Positions 63,578 through 64,000 of a DNA stretch of 64,000 nt are shown here, in pieces. The DNA is from Octopus sinensis (taxonomy: Eukaryota). The DNA lies in assembly GCF_006345805.1 (NCBI RefSeq), contig NC_042997.1, positions 138,012,001 through 138,076,000 on the forward strand. Reading direction: 5' to 3'. The number at the start of each line of letters is the position of its first letter. Positions within the stretch are counted from its first letter, which is position 1. The translations under genes and the position numbers were made by a program. The notes under the pieces are model-generated. The model was given only the letters and a program-made list of their open reading frames with translations. It had not been told where the DNA came from and searched no databases.

Positions 63578-63783
63578 CTGTGTGCAGCTTCATTCTGATC
63601 AAGAGATACTTTATCTAAAGTCTCTCCTGAAATTGGATTAATGATACGAACAACAGACGCCCACATGCCAGTACCAGCCTTGGCAGCACCAAAAGTGTTC
63701 TCAGGAAGGTCTTCTTCCAAGAAAGCATCAGCCATTTTAGCAGCTAGTTGTCGCTCGTCTTCTTGTGCAGCTTCTATCATCTC
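63578..63783 (-). CDS. SF3B3: SF3B3 exon (gene continues beyond the window)
   Basis: EMIEAAQEDERQLAAKMADAFLEEDLPENTFGAAKAGTGMWAS...DQNEAAH; 206 bp. Confidence 0.97.
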
Positions 63784-64000
63784 CTAAAAATTGGAAATTA
63801 TATAATGTCGTCATTTAATGTTCACTTTTCCACACTTGCATCAGTCAGAGAGAATTTGTCATGGTAAACTTTTTTACAGTTGGATGCATTTCCTGTCACC
63901 AACCCTCACCTGTTTCCAAGCAAAGTAATAATTTCCCATGGCCAGACACATTCTTCACAGAAGCATTGACATAAAAACCATGCTCATTTACAACCATCAA

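Overview
AT-rich, microsatellite- and repeat-dense animal DNA. The SINE content suggests an octopod cephalopod, which is an inference and not verified. The one confident host gene is SF3B3 (SAP130): its last eight coding exons lie on the minus strand at 63783-56732, all GT-AG and phase-consistent. The centre holds a very young Ty3/Gypsy element (34598-39660, minus) with apparently identical 418-bp LTRs, an AACC TSD, a tRNA-Trp PBS, intact pol, a -1 frameshift signal and an internally deleted Gag. Other mobile DNA includes a 1.7-kb Gag-integrase deletion element, a decayed Gypsy with nested solo LTR and hAT MITE, CR1/L2-, RTE- and R4-like LINE relics, Chapaev-like and two Tc1 relics (D35E and D37E spacing), several MITE families and many SINEs. 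The most unusual signals are minimal hammerhead-ribozyme motifs in Penelope-like fold-back palindromes (20604-21044, plus one at 31603-31639), a telomere-repeat palindrome (10017-10158), phase-compatible exons of an unrecognised minus-strand gene (22289-11112), and CpG-decay domains readable from SINE copies.
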